From assembly GCA_010015805.1 (NCBI GenBank), contig ML978121.1, forward strand, positions 1,364,001 through 1,428,000: a stretch of DNA of 64,000 nt. The letters run 5' to 3'. Position 1 is the stretch's first letter. Each line of letters begins with the position of its first letter. Shown in pieces: positions 23,201 through 34,095 of the stretch. Under the pieces are notes generated by a model. That model worked only from the letters and a program-made list of their open reading frames with translations. It was not told where the DNA came from and searched no databases. This DNA is from Rhizodiscina lignyota. Lineage: Eukaryota. The position numbers and the translations under genes are program-made.

Positions 23201-24898
23201 ATCCCTCAAAATCCTTTCCACCAGACACGACCGCTGTGCGGAGCGAGTATCGGCGCATACGCTAACGGCAAGCACCTTCCTCCCGTGAGTTATGGCGGCG
23301 TTGTCATGCTTGATGGCGAACCGTACGGCATGACTGTACATCATCTTCTGGACGAGCCTAGCGAAGACGAGAGTGATGAGAATCTAGCGGATGTTGATGA
23401 AGAGAGCGGTTTCTTCGAAGAAGAGCAAGCAAGTCCAGGTGCAACGAGATCGAGTGGCAGAAATCCATGGCTTATGGGGATGAACAGTGCGCCAGGCATG
23501 GATATCAATGACGAAGATATGCATGATCTAGCTCTAGAGATCTCCGACGAGTCATCTGTTCCCTCAGATGCCGAAGACGATATCAGCCTATCTTCTGATG
23601 ATGATATTTCACTCGACGAAAGAGACCTTTCCTCTCAAGCGAGTACTGAAGGGGATCTCCAAGGCATCGACCCAACAAATCCAATGCACATCAAGAACCC
23701 CATCCTTGTAACACAGCCGGCCATCGATGACGTGGATCCTGAGTTCTTTCCGAACGACGAGTACCGTGATGAAGATCATCTCACGAGCCACGAACTCGGC
23801 ACCGTCCATGCGAGCAGCGGCATCCGGCGCTGGAACCGTAATGGCATTCTCCACGAGATCGACTGGGCATTGCTCAGACTTAAGGCTGATCGTCTTCAGC
23901 CCATCAATCTTGTCCAAGGCGGCCGCAAGTTTCTTCGCAACTCCCAGCGTGGCTCTCCTCTGCTGAACGGGACGAGTCACACCAGCCACAGGCCAGACGA
24001 CTCTGGATTCGGCACTGGTACGAACTCACCCAACCCGCTTCTTGAGGCCTCGGCAGCAAATCGCTTGACTCTCCGACCGAAGCTGCTGGAGCCCGTCAGT
24101 CGCTCACAGTCCTTTACCGCAGCTGATGACGAGTATCCGACGCGCATTGCGCCGTGTGCTAGCCTGGGGAGCCTACGCGTGCACTGTTTCGGTCGCACTT
24201 CTGGCCTCAAAGAAGGCATCATCGGCGCCGCAATGTCTTCAGTTCGAATCTATCGCCGGCGATCCTTCAGTCGCAGTTGGCATGTCCTCGGAGAGTTTGG
24301 TATGGGTGGTGATAGCGGCGCTTGGGTCATCGAAAACGACGGCGGCAGAGTCGTGGGACATGTGCTAGCGTGGTGCGAAAGGAACGGCGTGAGCTATTTC
24401 TGCCCTATGGAGGTACTCATGGAGGACGTTGTGAAGGCCCTCGGGGCCGACAGGATCGGCCTACCTGGAGGTGGAGACTGCGTCGTCGGCGAAGGACTGG
24501 AGCGGCGGAAGACGGACGAGGTGGTAGAGGAGCAGGCACAGGTCGGGGCAGAAAAGACCAGGTACAGTCAAGGGGAAGACGACTTGCAATTCACTGTCAA
24601 TGGACTTGGACTGGAGGAGCTGGAGCTAAGCGAGAAGCCGGGTGGCGTGATTCTGGGCGTTGAACCAGTGCCGGCTTTGAGGCATGATACCCCAATGGCG
24701 GATCGTGGTGGTCGGAGAGGGAGTAAGACCAAGCGCGACAGCATTCCAACTCCCGTCGACGATGATTGTGACAGGGTCTACCGGAGCAACAACGCGAAGG
24801 TTTTGGCACTTCCACAAGGTCCTGAGATGACGGGTAGTCCAAGAAGGATAGACGCAACTGTTGCGGTTGATAGAGCGCCGCCGAGGCTGTTTGCTTGA
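20296..24898 (+). CDS. Multidomain protein: HeLo-like, kinase-like, 2 IQ-like motifs and trypsin-like serine protease region, ~1513 aa; exons 20296-21181, 21243-24898
   Basis: RRFAIQKERLVTWGLEWS (HeLo-like); LHRDVSSNNIILF...YQHP...DMYSLGLILLEIGMW; TIQRAWRNRR and VIQQVWRKRR; MTVHHLL / EIDWALL / GGDSGAW triad; intron GTGAGT...GCTGAC...AAG joins the two ORFs in frame. Confidence 0.85.
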
Positions 24899-25199
24899 AG
24901 TTGTAAGCTTGACTTTGTACTACACTATTGGACATGTCAGTATCATAGCAAATTTCATTAGTTGGAGAATTTGTCTGCTCAGTTCTTTGATTTTGGAGTC
25001 TCAGACGAGCATACCTCAACATAGCTGGTAGCAGTCGCCGGTATGAGACTGCCTGCCAACTCCGGACAATTTGGTGTTGCAAGTTAGTGCGACATTGCGC
25101 AGAGCTGATATGGGAACGTCAGATATTCCTTCCTTGATCACTGTCGTTTCATGCCTCAAAATTACCTGAGATGTGAAAAGCAAAAAACATACTTCTGAT

Positions 25200-26128
25200 T
25201 CATTCTCTTCGCAGAGGAAACGCAAGGCGGGATAAAAACTAGCTCGTTGGGATGTGGCCATCATTATGACGGAACGAGATGGTGTAGAGACTCTCTCCTG
25301 CTGACCAACCCTTAGGTTTACAAAGGGCAAGAAGTAAGTGTCTGTGTATACCCTTTTAGCTTGAGCCACGCTAAACAATAAATAAACGATGGCGCCCAGA
25401 ATAAGGTACAGACAATCGATGCAACTGACGATGAATTCAGCACCTCTTGTGTACTCTGATGGCTGCTCATCCACGCTATACGGACAAAGGCTGTTGCGCA
25501 TTCCTCGTTTGAATTATTGCTCGAGGACCTCCGAAGCCAACAAGACAAGCAAGATCCTCGCAAAATACGGCGATGAGCCAGTGTTGCGAGCTATGACAAG
25601 TGGGGGTAGGGGGTTAGATCTAGCAAAGCCGGCGAAGAGCTAAGTTGTGCTGTACGCAGTCAGAAAGGCGGCTGCGGCGAACGGAATGAACCCCAACGAG
25701 TTTATCTCGCATGATATTCGAAGGGCTACAGTACTGGAGATGGCTTACGGAGGTGGAGACAACGTATCCATAGAAGCCGCAGCATGTCTTCTCGGCCACA
25801 AAACAAAGTCTGTAAATTCGACATGGTGAGTAAAGTGGCTGGCTCGATGCGAGATACATACAACAAGAGATTGAAACGGAAAGCACCAATCGACGAATTT
25901 GGGTGGAACAGGCGAAAGAGATCAAACCTGCAGGCCAATGATTCACGGATGGATGCCACCACCGAGACTGCGGCCTTCGAAAATACTGAGGATTGGACTT
26001 CCGGGGTGTCCAATCTTGTCAGAGACTTGCAGACAGATACCGATGATCACCCTGCTGCTTTCGAAGATGTTCGAGAGTTCAGGAGAGTTGACGGCATTAC
26101 TGAAGGCTTAGTAAGAGATGTGTTGTAG
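25200..26128 (+). pseudogene. Decayed tyrosine-recombinase-like gene (boundaries approximate)
   Basis: Conceptual translation TLRFTKGK...CVL*WLLIHAIRTK...DEPVL...LDLAKPAKS*VVLYAVRKAA...SHDIRR (25710-25724)...LLGH (LGH at 25791-25799), with several stops and a frameshift. Confidence 0.6.
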
Positions 26129-26284
26129 GTTTTGTTTATTAGAATCACATAGCTGAAATGCATAGGACTTGTACTAAGGAAGATGCTTTGCACTCTAATA
26201 GCTAGATTGATTCTAGCCATACACTGGCTCTCTTGTCATGCTCCGCCGCCTCACTTATGGCGCTAAACCGCCATCTACTCTCCA

Positions 26285-27760
26285 TCAACCTCCGCTTAAG
26301 CATGATTTTCGAAGATCTTCCGTCAACGCTTTCAAGCCTTGCTCCATATCATGGTCGATTAACACTTTCTTCAGTGCGCTGCACGTGTAGGATCCATCGC
26401 ACTCGCTCTCGGGTATATTGTAGAGATGCTCATCAATGCCACACAGCGTGAGCTTCTCCAGCTGCATCGCGCTGTACATGTATTGTACGCAGGGGAAGAA
26501 AGAACCAGCGACTGCCAAACGTGTCAATTTGACCTGTCGAAGCGATAACCTACAATTGGAGAGGAATTGTACGATTGTCGACGGCTTAAAGAAATGAGTG
26601 CGACGATGCGAAGGGTCCCAGAAGCCATACAGTGTCCAACTGGTGAGCTCCTCGAACTTCGCCTTGGACGCCATCTCATCGAAAAATCGGAGATCCTGCG
26701 CTGTACCGAGCAACATGCAGAGAGACCACAGATTCTCCGAAAAAGTAAGGAGCCGAACGAGCGCCTCTGAATCCGCGCCAACAGAGATGGATATAGTGAG
26801 GTCTTGCAACACCATCAGGCGCTCTCGAAGTATCCGATGCTGGTCTGTAGGCACCCATAGAGCATCCGACGGATAAAATATGCGCCAGAATGAAGCGAGA
26901 TGTAATTGTTTGATGCTGACTTTGAGCGTCACGATCAAAGCAATGACGAATTCGGCCATGAGACGCGGTTGCATCTCGGTGGCATGGCAGAAGAGTTTTG
27001 GCCACTCATTATCAATGTTCCAGTCGCCGTATCCTTCATGACTTGTTGGTTTGTTCCATTCCGCGAAGCCTAGAAGAGAAGCCTCTGACGGCTCTTCAAG
27101 GCCATCACCATCTTCAGAACTGATCTCGCTGTCGAAGTCGGAATCGTCGTCCTCTTCATGCTCGAAATCTGGAAAGTAGGGTTTCCCACCAGTCCTGTCG
27201 ACCTCACCAATGTCATGTACGTCCTCATCACAGAGGATTAAGATGTCTCCAGCTAAGTTACAGAGCTGACGGAGATCAGTTGGCGACGGTTCTCTGGTTT
27301 GAAGCATAACGGAGTTTGGCAAGTTGTCTATAGCGGAAGCTAACATCCTTATGTTTGACGCCGTGGCTTTTAGCCAGTTTTGATCATGCCAGTACTTCAA
27401 GAAGTTGGTGACATCGATCATTGAAGCAAGTTGGGCTCCATAGCATCTCGCCAACGAATCCGCAGTAACATCTTCCTCTGAGAAGTTAAGACAGTAGCCC
27501 ACCAACTGTATGCTCAGCACATATTTGCGGAATGTCTGATGGCGAGAGATATCGATAATTTGGTCAAGGCTTCGCTTGATGTAAATGAAGACGAGCCTGT
27601 CTGTGAAGAAGTGTTCGCCAACTGCATGCAGAGTTTTCGCGTTCAGGTCTCGACAAGTCAGTCGGAGGTTGAGAATATCTTTCCAGCCTCTGACGTCTTC
27701 TGTAATGTAGTCGATAGTGATTTCAACGATTTCTTCCGGCAGTGAAGTGATTGGTGCCAT
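26285..27760 (-). CDS. F-box-like protein, 491 aa
   Basis: N-terminal ITSLPEEIVEITIDY...ILNLRLTCRDL; LRR-like C-terminal half; acidic insert. Confidence 0.75.
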   Translation of the reverse strand: MAPITSLPEEIVEITIDYITEDVRGWKDILNLRLTCRDLNAKTLHAVGEHFFTDRLVFIYIKRSLDQIIDISRHQTFRKYVLSIQLVGYCLNFSEEDVTADSLARCYGAQLASMIDVTNFLKYWHDQNWLKATASNIRMLASAIDNLPNSVMLQTREPSPTDLRQLCNLAGDILILCDEDVHDIGEVDRTGGKPYFPDFEHEEDDDSDFDSEISSEDGDGLEEPSEASLLGFAEWNKPTSHEGYGDWNIDNEWPKLFCHATEMQPRLMAEFVIALIVTLKVSIKQLHLASFWRIFYPSDALWVPTDQHRILRERLMVLQDLTISISVGADSEALVRLLTFSENLWSLCMLLGTAQDLRFFDEMASKAKFEELTSWTLYGFWDPSHRRTHFFKPSTIVQFLSNCRLSLRQVKLTRLAVAGSFFPCVQYMYSAMQLEKLTLCGIDEHLYNIPESECDGSYTCSALKKVLIDHDMEQGLKALTEDLRKSCLSGG

Positions 27761-28519
27761 AGTCCCTCTTGAAAATCAAGTATTCCGACTGAGGTGTGCG
27801 CTTTGAGAGTTTGTGAAGGGAAGAAATCTTTCGAACGTAGAACAAAATAGCAGCCGAGATTGTGCACCAAGGAAAATAGGCAGAAATAAACTGCATTCAG
27901 GTGCGACTGTGAATCTTGCGAGAGTTCCAGTGTGGACCTTGACATGACGAGTAAATTGTTTGAGGAAGGAGCGTAAGTTGGGTAAGGGAGGAGATTACGA
28001 GGTGTGCCTTCGTACCGCAGTACGGATGTCTGCAGTTGCAACTCTATTGTAAGTTCATGCATCAGGCCTACTATCTTACCTCTCGTCCTTGAGCTCGATT
28101 GGCGCTTGACCACTGAGCAAGAAGTTCTTGATTCCAAGTGGAGCTTGAAGTCAGATAGACGAGATGATATTCTACTAGGCTCAAAGCGGTTAGCTCATCA
28201 TGAAAGCTCCTCAGTTCACATTTCTATCATGAATCCTGACAGAAAATAATCAGATACAGTATGCTCAATTGACATTGATAACTCCTTTTCGCCTCTCTTT
28301 TATGTCAATAGACTGTTTAAGCATTACTTTTGAAAAGTAAGCCTCGCAATACATCAGCGTATACCTCCATTTCAACTTGGCAAATAAGTTCCTTGACCTG
28401 GTCGATATCTATGACATTCTTTTCAATCTATCAAGGAAGGCTCATAAGCTTGCTTCTGTGATATCCCCCAATCAAGATCGTGGGCTCTCCGGCCGGCAAG
28501 TTCTAACTCAGTGCGCACT

Positions 28520-28775
28520 TCCAGCAGCTCTAGACTTACTATGCTTCCTTGGAGTCGAGGATAAGCTGCAGATTCTTCCTTGGCGGGACCAAGGCACTTT
28601 GGCTTTTACGGGAGAGAAGGAGAGTGGCCATGGCCGATTGACAAAGCTCTGAGAGCAATGGAGGACTGTTTGTTCGATGCACTGGATCTGCAAGAAGGCG
28701 CAAAAGTTCTAGATGCTGGCTGTGGTCATGGGCATGTCGCACTCCACGGTGCACAGCGAGGACTAGTCATTGGTA
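28520..28775 (+). pseudogene. SAM-dependent methyltransferase fragment
   Basis: QQL*TYYASLESRI..FLGGT/RHFGFY...WPWPIDKALRAMED...VLDAGCGHGHVALH (motif I); in-frame TAG, a frameshift and 3' truncation. Confidence 0.75.
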
Positions 28776-29665
28776 TTGGAGCAGAGAGGACTCGACACCT
28801 GGCCCAGGGAGAGTAAGAGCTTTGTTAAAGAAGGGGGGAGTTTGGATGGAAACTAAAGTAATAAGCAGAATTACGTTACAGTATCTTTATCTTACTTTAA
28901 TGATATTGTGATGGTGCAGAAACCAGATTGAGTATTTTTTGTGCTTATTTGGGTTGTGTTCCCTAAATAGGATGCTCAGTTTCCAGTGAACTGCTCAGAA
29001 CAAAATCTCTTATCAGTTCGGCCACAGGGAAACTAAGTTTGTTAGTGCAGACTCTCAAATCTTGCAACTGTATGTGAGTTAAGGCTCGCTCCCTTAACGA
29101 ATTGCAGATGGTATAAAGCGGTGGGCCTTCAGCGCGATACGCTAAGCTTCTTTAGGACTAGACTGTATGCGTCCTTGGCGTAGCGTAGCCCCGCTGCAGT
29201 AGGAAAACGCGAATTAAAACGCGACTTCTTCTTTTCACCTCACAACTTCGATCTTGCACACCTCACGCAAACACCTCTCACACGTGTGACAGCACTCCCA
29301 AGAGATCAGTCGCAATGGCGCGTGCACCAAGGAAGCTGGCATGTTAAATTACTTTCGTCTCACCTGATGAATTAACACTTTACCACAATTTCATTATTTA
29401 GACCTACCCTAACAATCTTGGTCTGGGCCTGGGCCATCCCAATCGCGGCAAACACAATCAGTACAAACGAACCGGCCGTCGTCCTCCTACCTGGCCTGGC
29501 CCGCCAGCCGACAAGAATACCGACGATACGGGACAAGCCTCGCCAGTTCCCGACAATACTGAAAGCATCGAACCCGTAGCAGCAACCTTGGCAATCGTTG
29601 AAGGCGGCCATACTGAGCTTGAATTGCCTGTCAACAACAACCGCCTCAACAATTCCTTCGTCGTT

Positions 29666-30436
29666 ATGGCCGCCAAGCAAGTCGATCGTCAGGCTACGAC
29701 TCCTTTCCTTCTCAAGCTCTTCTACCGCGCCTCGGCCTACCACAATCAATCAGAGTTCCTCCCTTCCTCCCCGACCCCAGCGCACCTTCAGATCTACACC
29801 TGGCCGACATGCTCTCTTCGTGAACTTACGCATCTCCTCACGACGGCACTCCCCTCACTCCTCCCCGATCCTGTCGTCGGCACACGTCTCACATACCGAC
29901 TCTTCTTCCCAGACATGAAGGACTTCACACATGGTGGCCGTGCTCGCTACACGAGCAAAGAACTTGGCAGTGTGGTTGTCGGCGAGGACCTGGAGTCCAC
30001 GGGAGACGCAGAGGAAGGCACGAACGGCGCGACAAAGGCGGCAAAGAATCTCTCAGGAGATGCGGACAAGACCCTTCAGGACGTGCGGTTCGTGATCGGA
30101 GACTACGTCGCGGTGTCTATTTGGGCACCATTGCCGAATGGCGAGGTCGCTCCCGTGCCGTCACTGACTGTATCGGCGTCGGGAAGAGGCGGTGCCCCGC
30201 CATCATATCGAGATCGAGACGGGAGGGAGAGGGAGCGGAGCGGAATTCTGGGACCGCCGCGTGAGAATGGCTATGGCGGTGGTGGCTACGGTCGCCCGCG
30301 CGGTGGCAGATATGGCGGCAGCGGCAGTGGCGACTTCGGAAGCAGCGCAGTTCCACCGGGCGAGTGGCGCAGGGGAGACATGCCACCAGGCCCAGGTGGC
30401 TACGGACGAGGCAGGACGAGAGGCAGAGGATGGTGA
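29666..30436 (+). CDS. SAP18: Sin3-associated polypeptide SAP18 with RGG-rich tail
   Basis: VDRQATTPFLLKLFY, LQIYTWPTCSLRELTHLL, KTLQDVRFVIGDY. Confidence 0.88.
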   Translation: MAAKQVDRQATTPFLLKLFYRASAYHNQSEFLPSSPTPAHLQIYTWPTCSLRELTHLLTTALPSLLPDPVVGTRLTYRLFFPDMKDFTHGGRARYTSKELGSVVVGEDLESTGDAEEGTNGATKAAKNLSGDADKTLQDVRFVIGDYVAVSIWAPLPNGEVAPVPSLTVSASGRGGAPPSYRDRDGRERERSGILGPPRENGYGGGGYGRPRGGRYGGSGSGDFGSSAVPPGEWRRGDMPPGPGGYGRGRTRGRGW

Positions 30437-31063
30437 TGCCATAAGCAATGGCAGATAGCTCAAACAAGTGAGCACAGTATTGGGGACAGTATAGATTATC
30501 ACAAACGTCCACCACGGCGCTATCAAGCGATCACTGACAAATAGAAATGGAAATATCAGTGCACTCTCATGACTTGGTTAACGAGACCCCGGACTAAAGA
30601 AACGTGACTCTCGATCAATAGCCGATTCTGACTCTGTACTCGTGCACATAATGACTTGATATCATGTGAATCGCCCTGCCAAGAGTAACATAAGAAGGCC
30701 TTCGTGAGATGCAATGCCACCTGCAATTCCGTGCGCAAAGTCCAAGTAGAACGGCTTGACGAAATTAAACTGGCTCTGAATAACGTATTTAGTTACATCT
30801 GCGTTGTCGTTATGGATCTTTCTCCTTAGAATCTGCCAGGCAGTCGAGGTTAAATACAGCGACATCGACGGTGCTCGGATTGGCTGAGGACGTGATGGAT
30901 CATGGTGGTTGTCCCGTTTCCCAGCCAACGGCTCCAACAACACAACATCTTCTGCCACATCATCATTTACTCTAGCCACAGTATTTTCTCAAAGTCATGA
31001 AACCCATATCTACTGTTCACGTATATCGTTATCTGTAATTTTGCTCTTGACGAAATTGCTAAA

Positions 31064-33049
31064 ATGAGCACGACTACCGTCGCACAAGAACTTGGCTTTA
31101 CCATCCACGAGGACGAGGGTTTACATTCCGCTCCCGCAACATCGGAATGGGAGGCACAGTCTGATCCCACCGAAGAAGAATACGAAGCAGATGATAGCCT
31201 ACTCACCTCCGACGAAGTTATCCCCAGCTTAGAGGTACAACAGCACACATTTGAAGATGCAGGAGACGTTATTCGCGACCTCCCTCCGAGCTCGCCTCCG
31301 GCAGCTGCGCGCTCCGTCAAGGGTACATCTCGTCGAGTATCAGCGCTCACAGCCGCCTCTAGACAATCTGCAGTATCCTCTCTGCCTTCCCTCTCTCACA
31401 ATGACCACGACATGTCCAACTTTACCCCGATGAAGAACCGACCGACGTTCAGGAAGCACAATGCAATGCGCGCTCTGCAGATGGCGAGTCCGCCATCGCT
31501 GGACGGATATTCTTCTTCGCGGTCGTCGTCATACTTTCGCGATAGACAACTGCCAACGCCAAAGTCCGAGCACCGGTATGGTTCGCCTCAGAGCAAATCT
31601 GGGCGCAGTACCACCACCATTCGCTCTTCCAGACAAGGCATGCCATCGCGAGAAGTGTCGGTGCAGAGTGCGACTCCGAGCAAGAAGGACTTTCCGCTCG
31701 TGCTTCTCCATGTGACAGTTCTACCACAGCCGTGGCCCTACTCGGCGAAGAGCATGGCCTCAGTGCTCCCCGAAGTCATCATCGCGAATCAGCATCTCCT
31801 GGAAGAGAAGCTCAATCCTACAGTTTTAGCGAGGGGCCTGCTGGTACCGCACCCAAGAGAAGAGTACGATATACTAGAGGAGCGCATACTCGAGAGCCTA
31901 GAACTGAAGATCCCACGAGTGCTGAAGTGTGGACACTATTATCAGGAGGACTCGGAGGCTGAAGAGATTGATGACAATTCTACAGTCACAAGAGACTGCC
32001 AGTTCAATGAAGAGGGAGATGAGGATGTGTTTGGCAGAGAGGTGCACTGCACAACTTGCCACAACAACGTCAAAATGCCGGGCGCGGGGCTCGGTGAAGG
32101 CAATCGGAGATGGGATGTCAAAATCTATGCGGCCAACGGCCTAATGCGAGCCGGTGCTTGGGCTGCAGCTTGGAGTGAGATGGAGAGAGTTGATGTGGAA
32201 ATCGGGGCTTGGGTGCCGGAGCATTTCAGAAGGGAGTTGGACCGTCTCTTGGAGGAAGAGGAGCAAGAGGTATTGGCCGCCGCACAGGCAGCGGAAGAAG
32301 AGCGGCGCCGACTGGAAGAACTCAGATCACTACCGGCTGTTCAAGTCGGAGAGCCTGTGAGAAAGGAGACAATCGAGACACCGAGTCGGTCGCCGGAGAC
32401 TTTCACAACGCCGTCGGAGCGACCATCGCGGCCAAGTTCTCGAAAGTCTGTCCAGCGTCCGAAGGAAGATATTCCGCTTTCGACGCTCTTGCACAACTAC
32501 ATCTACCTCCTGGCGCAAGACCGGCGCAACATTGTCATTGGGCTGCTCGGAATTCTGGTGTTGCTGATGGCCGTGGCGGGCGGTTCCAAACCACCGCCGG
32601 CTACTACACTGATCCATCAGCCAATTATTGAAGCACCAATGGCATTGACAAGCGCATCGTTAGGTCCAAGTGTATCCTTGGATTCAAGCACATTCCTGGA
32701 TTCGAGCGTATCCTTAGGTTCAAGTGCTTCCTTGGATTCGAGCACATCCCTGGACTCAAGCACATCTCTGGATTGTGATCCGACTTCGATCACTGAAACG
32801 TCGTTCGTTACTGTCACAGAGACATCAGCACAGACCATAGTTGAGACCACAACTGTAGTTTCCAGTGTTACGCCGGATCTGTCGAGCAGTTCGACCATCA
32901 CCGAGTCAAAACCCACGATAGACGCCACTGCTTCGCCAGATCTATCGAGTGGTTCGGCCGCCGTAGAGTCTAATACCATGACACCTGTCATTGCTTCACC
33001 AGCACCACTGAAGGTCGAGGATGTTACTCCGAAGGGCGGAGAGTTGTAA
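31064..33049 (+). CDS. Conserved fungal hypothetical protein with one TM helix and Ser/Thr-rich C-terminus, 661 aa
   Basis: PLVLLHVTVLP, RGLLVPHPREEYDILEERILESLEL, WDVKIYAANGLMRAGAWAAAWSEMERVDVEI blocks; TM NIVIGLLGILVLLMAV. Confidence 0.8.
   Translation: MSTTTVAQELGFTIHEDEGLHSAPATSEWEAQSDPTEEEYEADDSLLTSDEVIPSLEVQQHTFEDAGDVIRDLPPSSPPAAARSVKGTSRRVSALTAASRQSAVSSLPSLSHNDHDMSNFTPMKNRPTFRKHNAMRALQMASPPSLDGYSSSRSSSYFRDRQLPTPKSEHRYGSPQSKSGRSTTTIRSSRQGMPSREVSVQSATPSKKDFPLVLLHVTVLPQPWPYSAKSMASVLPEVIIANQHLLEEKLNPTVLARGLLVPHPREEYDILEERILESLELKIPRVLKCGHYYQEDSEAEEIDDNSTVTRDCQFNEEGDEDVFGREVHCTTCHNNVKMPGAGLGEGNRRWDVKIYAANGLMRAGAWAAAWSEMERVDVEIGAWVPEHFRRELDRLLEEEEQEVLAAAQAAEEERRRLEELRSLPAVQVGEPVRKETIETPSRSPETFTTPSERPSRPSSRKSVQRPKEDIPLSTLLHNYIYLLAQDRRNIVIGLLGILVLLMAVAGGSKPPPATTLIHQPIIEAPMALTSASLGPSVSLDSSTFLDSSVSLGSSASLDSSTSLDSSTSLDCDPTSITETSFVTVTETSAQTIVETTTVVSSVTPDLSSSSTITESKPTIDATASPDLSSGSAAVESNTMTPVIASPAPLKVEDVTPKGGEL
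32657..32773 (+). repeat. 18-nt coding minisatellite, about 6.5 copies (SLDSST-type hexapeptide)
   Basis: Units such as TCCTTGGATTCAAGCACA, TCCTTGGATTCGAGCACA, TCCCTGGACTCAAGCACA. Confidence 0.85.
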
Positions 33050-33384
33050 TGTGCCGGAGGGACTTTGTGTAGTGGAGACCGTGTATGTAATTGTGCTAGT
33101 CAGAGCGTTTAGCGATGTTCGAGAGCGTAGATATCCAAATGACAGACATGACCTAAACAGTCAGCCCGCATCTTTCGTAGTCTGAGGTGCCAGTTTTCAA
33201 CAAATTTGATTGGAAAGACTCATTCTCTGACTCGCTCTTGGATATCCTATTCTTACGCGTTGTCGCCAATTCCGAAGATGGGCAGCTTCATAACGCAGTT
33301 CAAGATCGTCTATCAACGTACTGAACCAGACTCTGTATACGATACCTCGTCCGAATCCCGAGTGGTAAATGACATTATTCGTGA

Positions 33385-34095
33385 GTGGATGGGGAAGAAA
33401 GACCAGGATCCATTTATTACTCCGTCTCCGTCGTGCAACCCAGAGACGGGGGTGTTGATGACCGATTGCCAATAGTGTGTGAAAATATGGAGAGTTTTCT
33501 CCCAAGATTATTCCACTACTATGAAGGGAAGCCCAGAAAGGAATTTGAAAGATATTTGCATCAAAAGACTAACGTTACAAATTTCTTGTATCACGTGAGG
33601 TCGATGCAGTGGATTCAACTGTTTAACGACTCCCTGTCGTTCGTCGACGCCGATACTCCAGCCTCCTATATATCTTCCGCCATCGCATACATTTCATTCA
33701 TCGTCATGGACTGGTACTTCGCTGGACAAATCTTTAGCTCCGAGGGGTCCACAGCGAGAAAAATAATTCTGCTTGAGGGCCTTGGATGGCTATACTTTGT
33801 TGATGGCGTCCATGACGAATAGAGACATCGAATTATGGACAGAGAGACTAGAATTATGGCTTACTGTGATCTGCTAATAGGAGAACCCCATCCATACTTC
33901 CTCATAGTACATAAGTGTGCAGGGCTCACTATCTCGTCACGGACTGCACTCTTCGAACCATGCCTCGAATCTTCTACACCGACCACTGGGGAAGAGGACG
34001 ATTTCGATGCTCGGCAGAGGAGACAGCTGTATCCTTTGGACCTAATTCATGGAACCTTGACGGCCCATATGTCGTTGTCATGCCAAGTGGTCTGA
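33385..34095 (+). pseudogene. Possible interrupted ORF of unknown family
   Basis: ORFs 33385-33822 and 33835-34095 are in the same frame, separated by a single TAG; protein-like composition, no recognisable motif. Confidence 0.3.
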
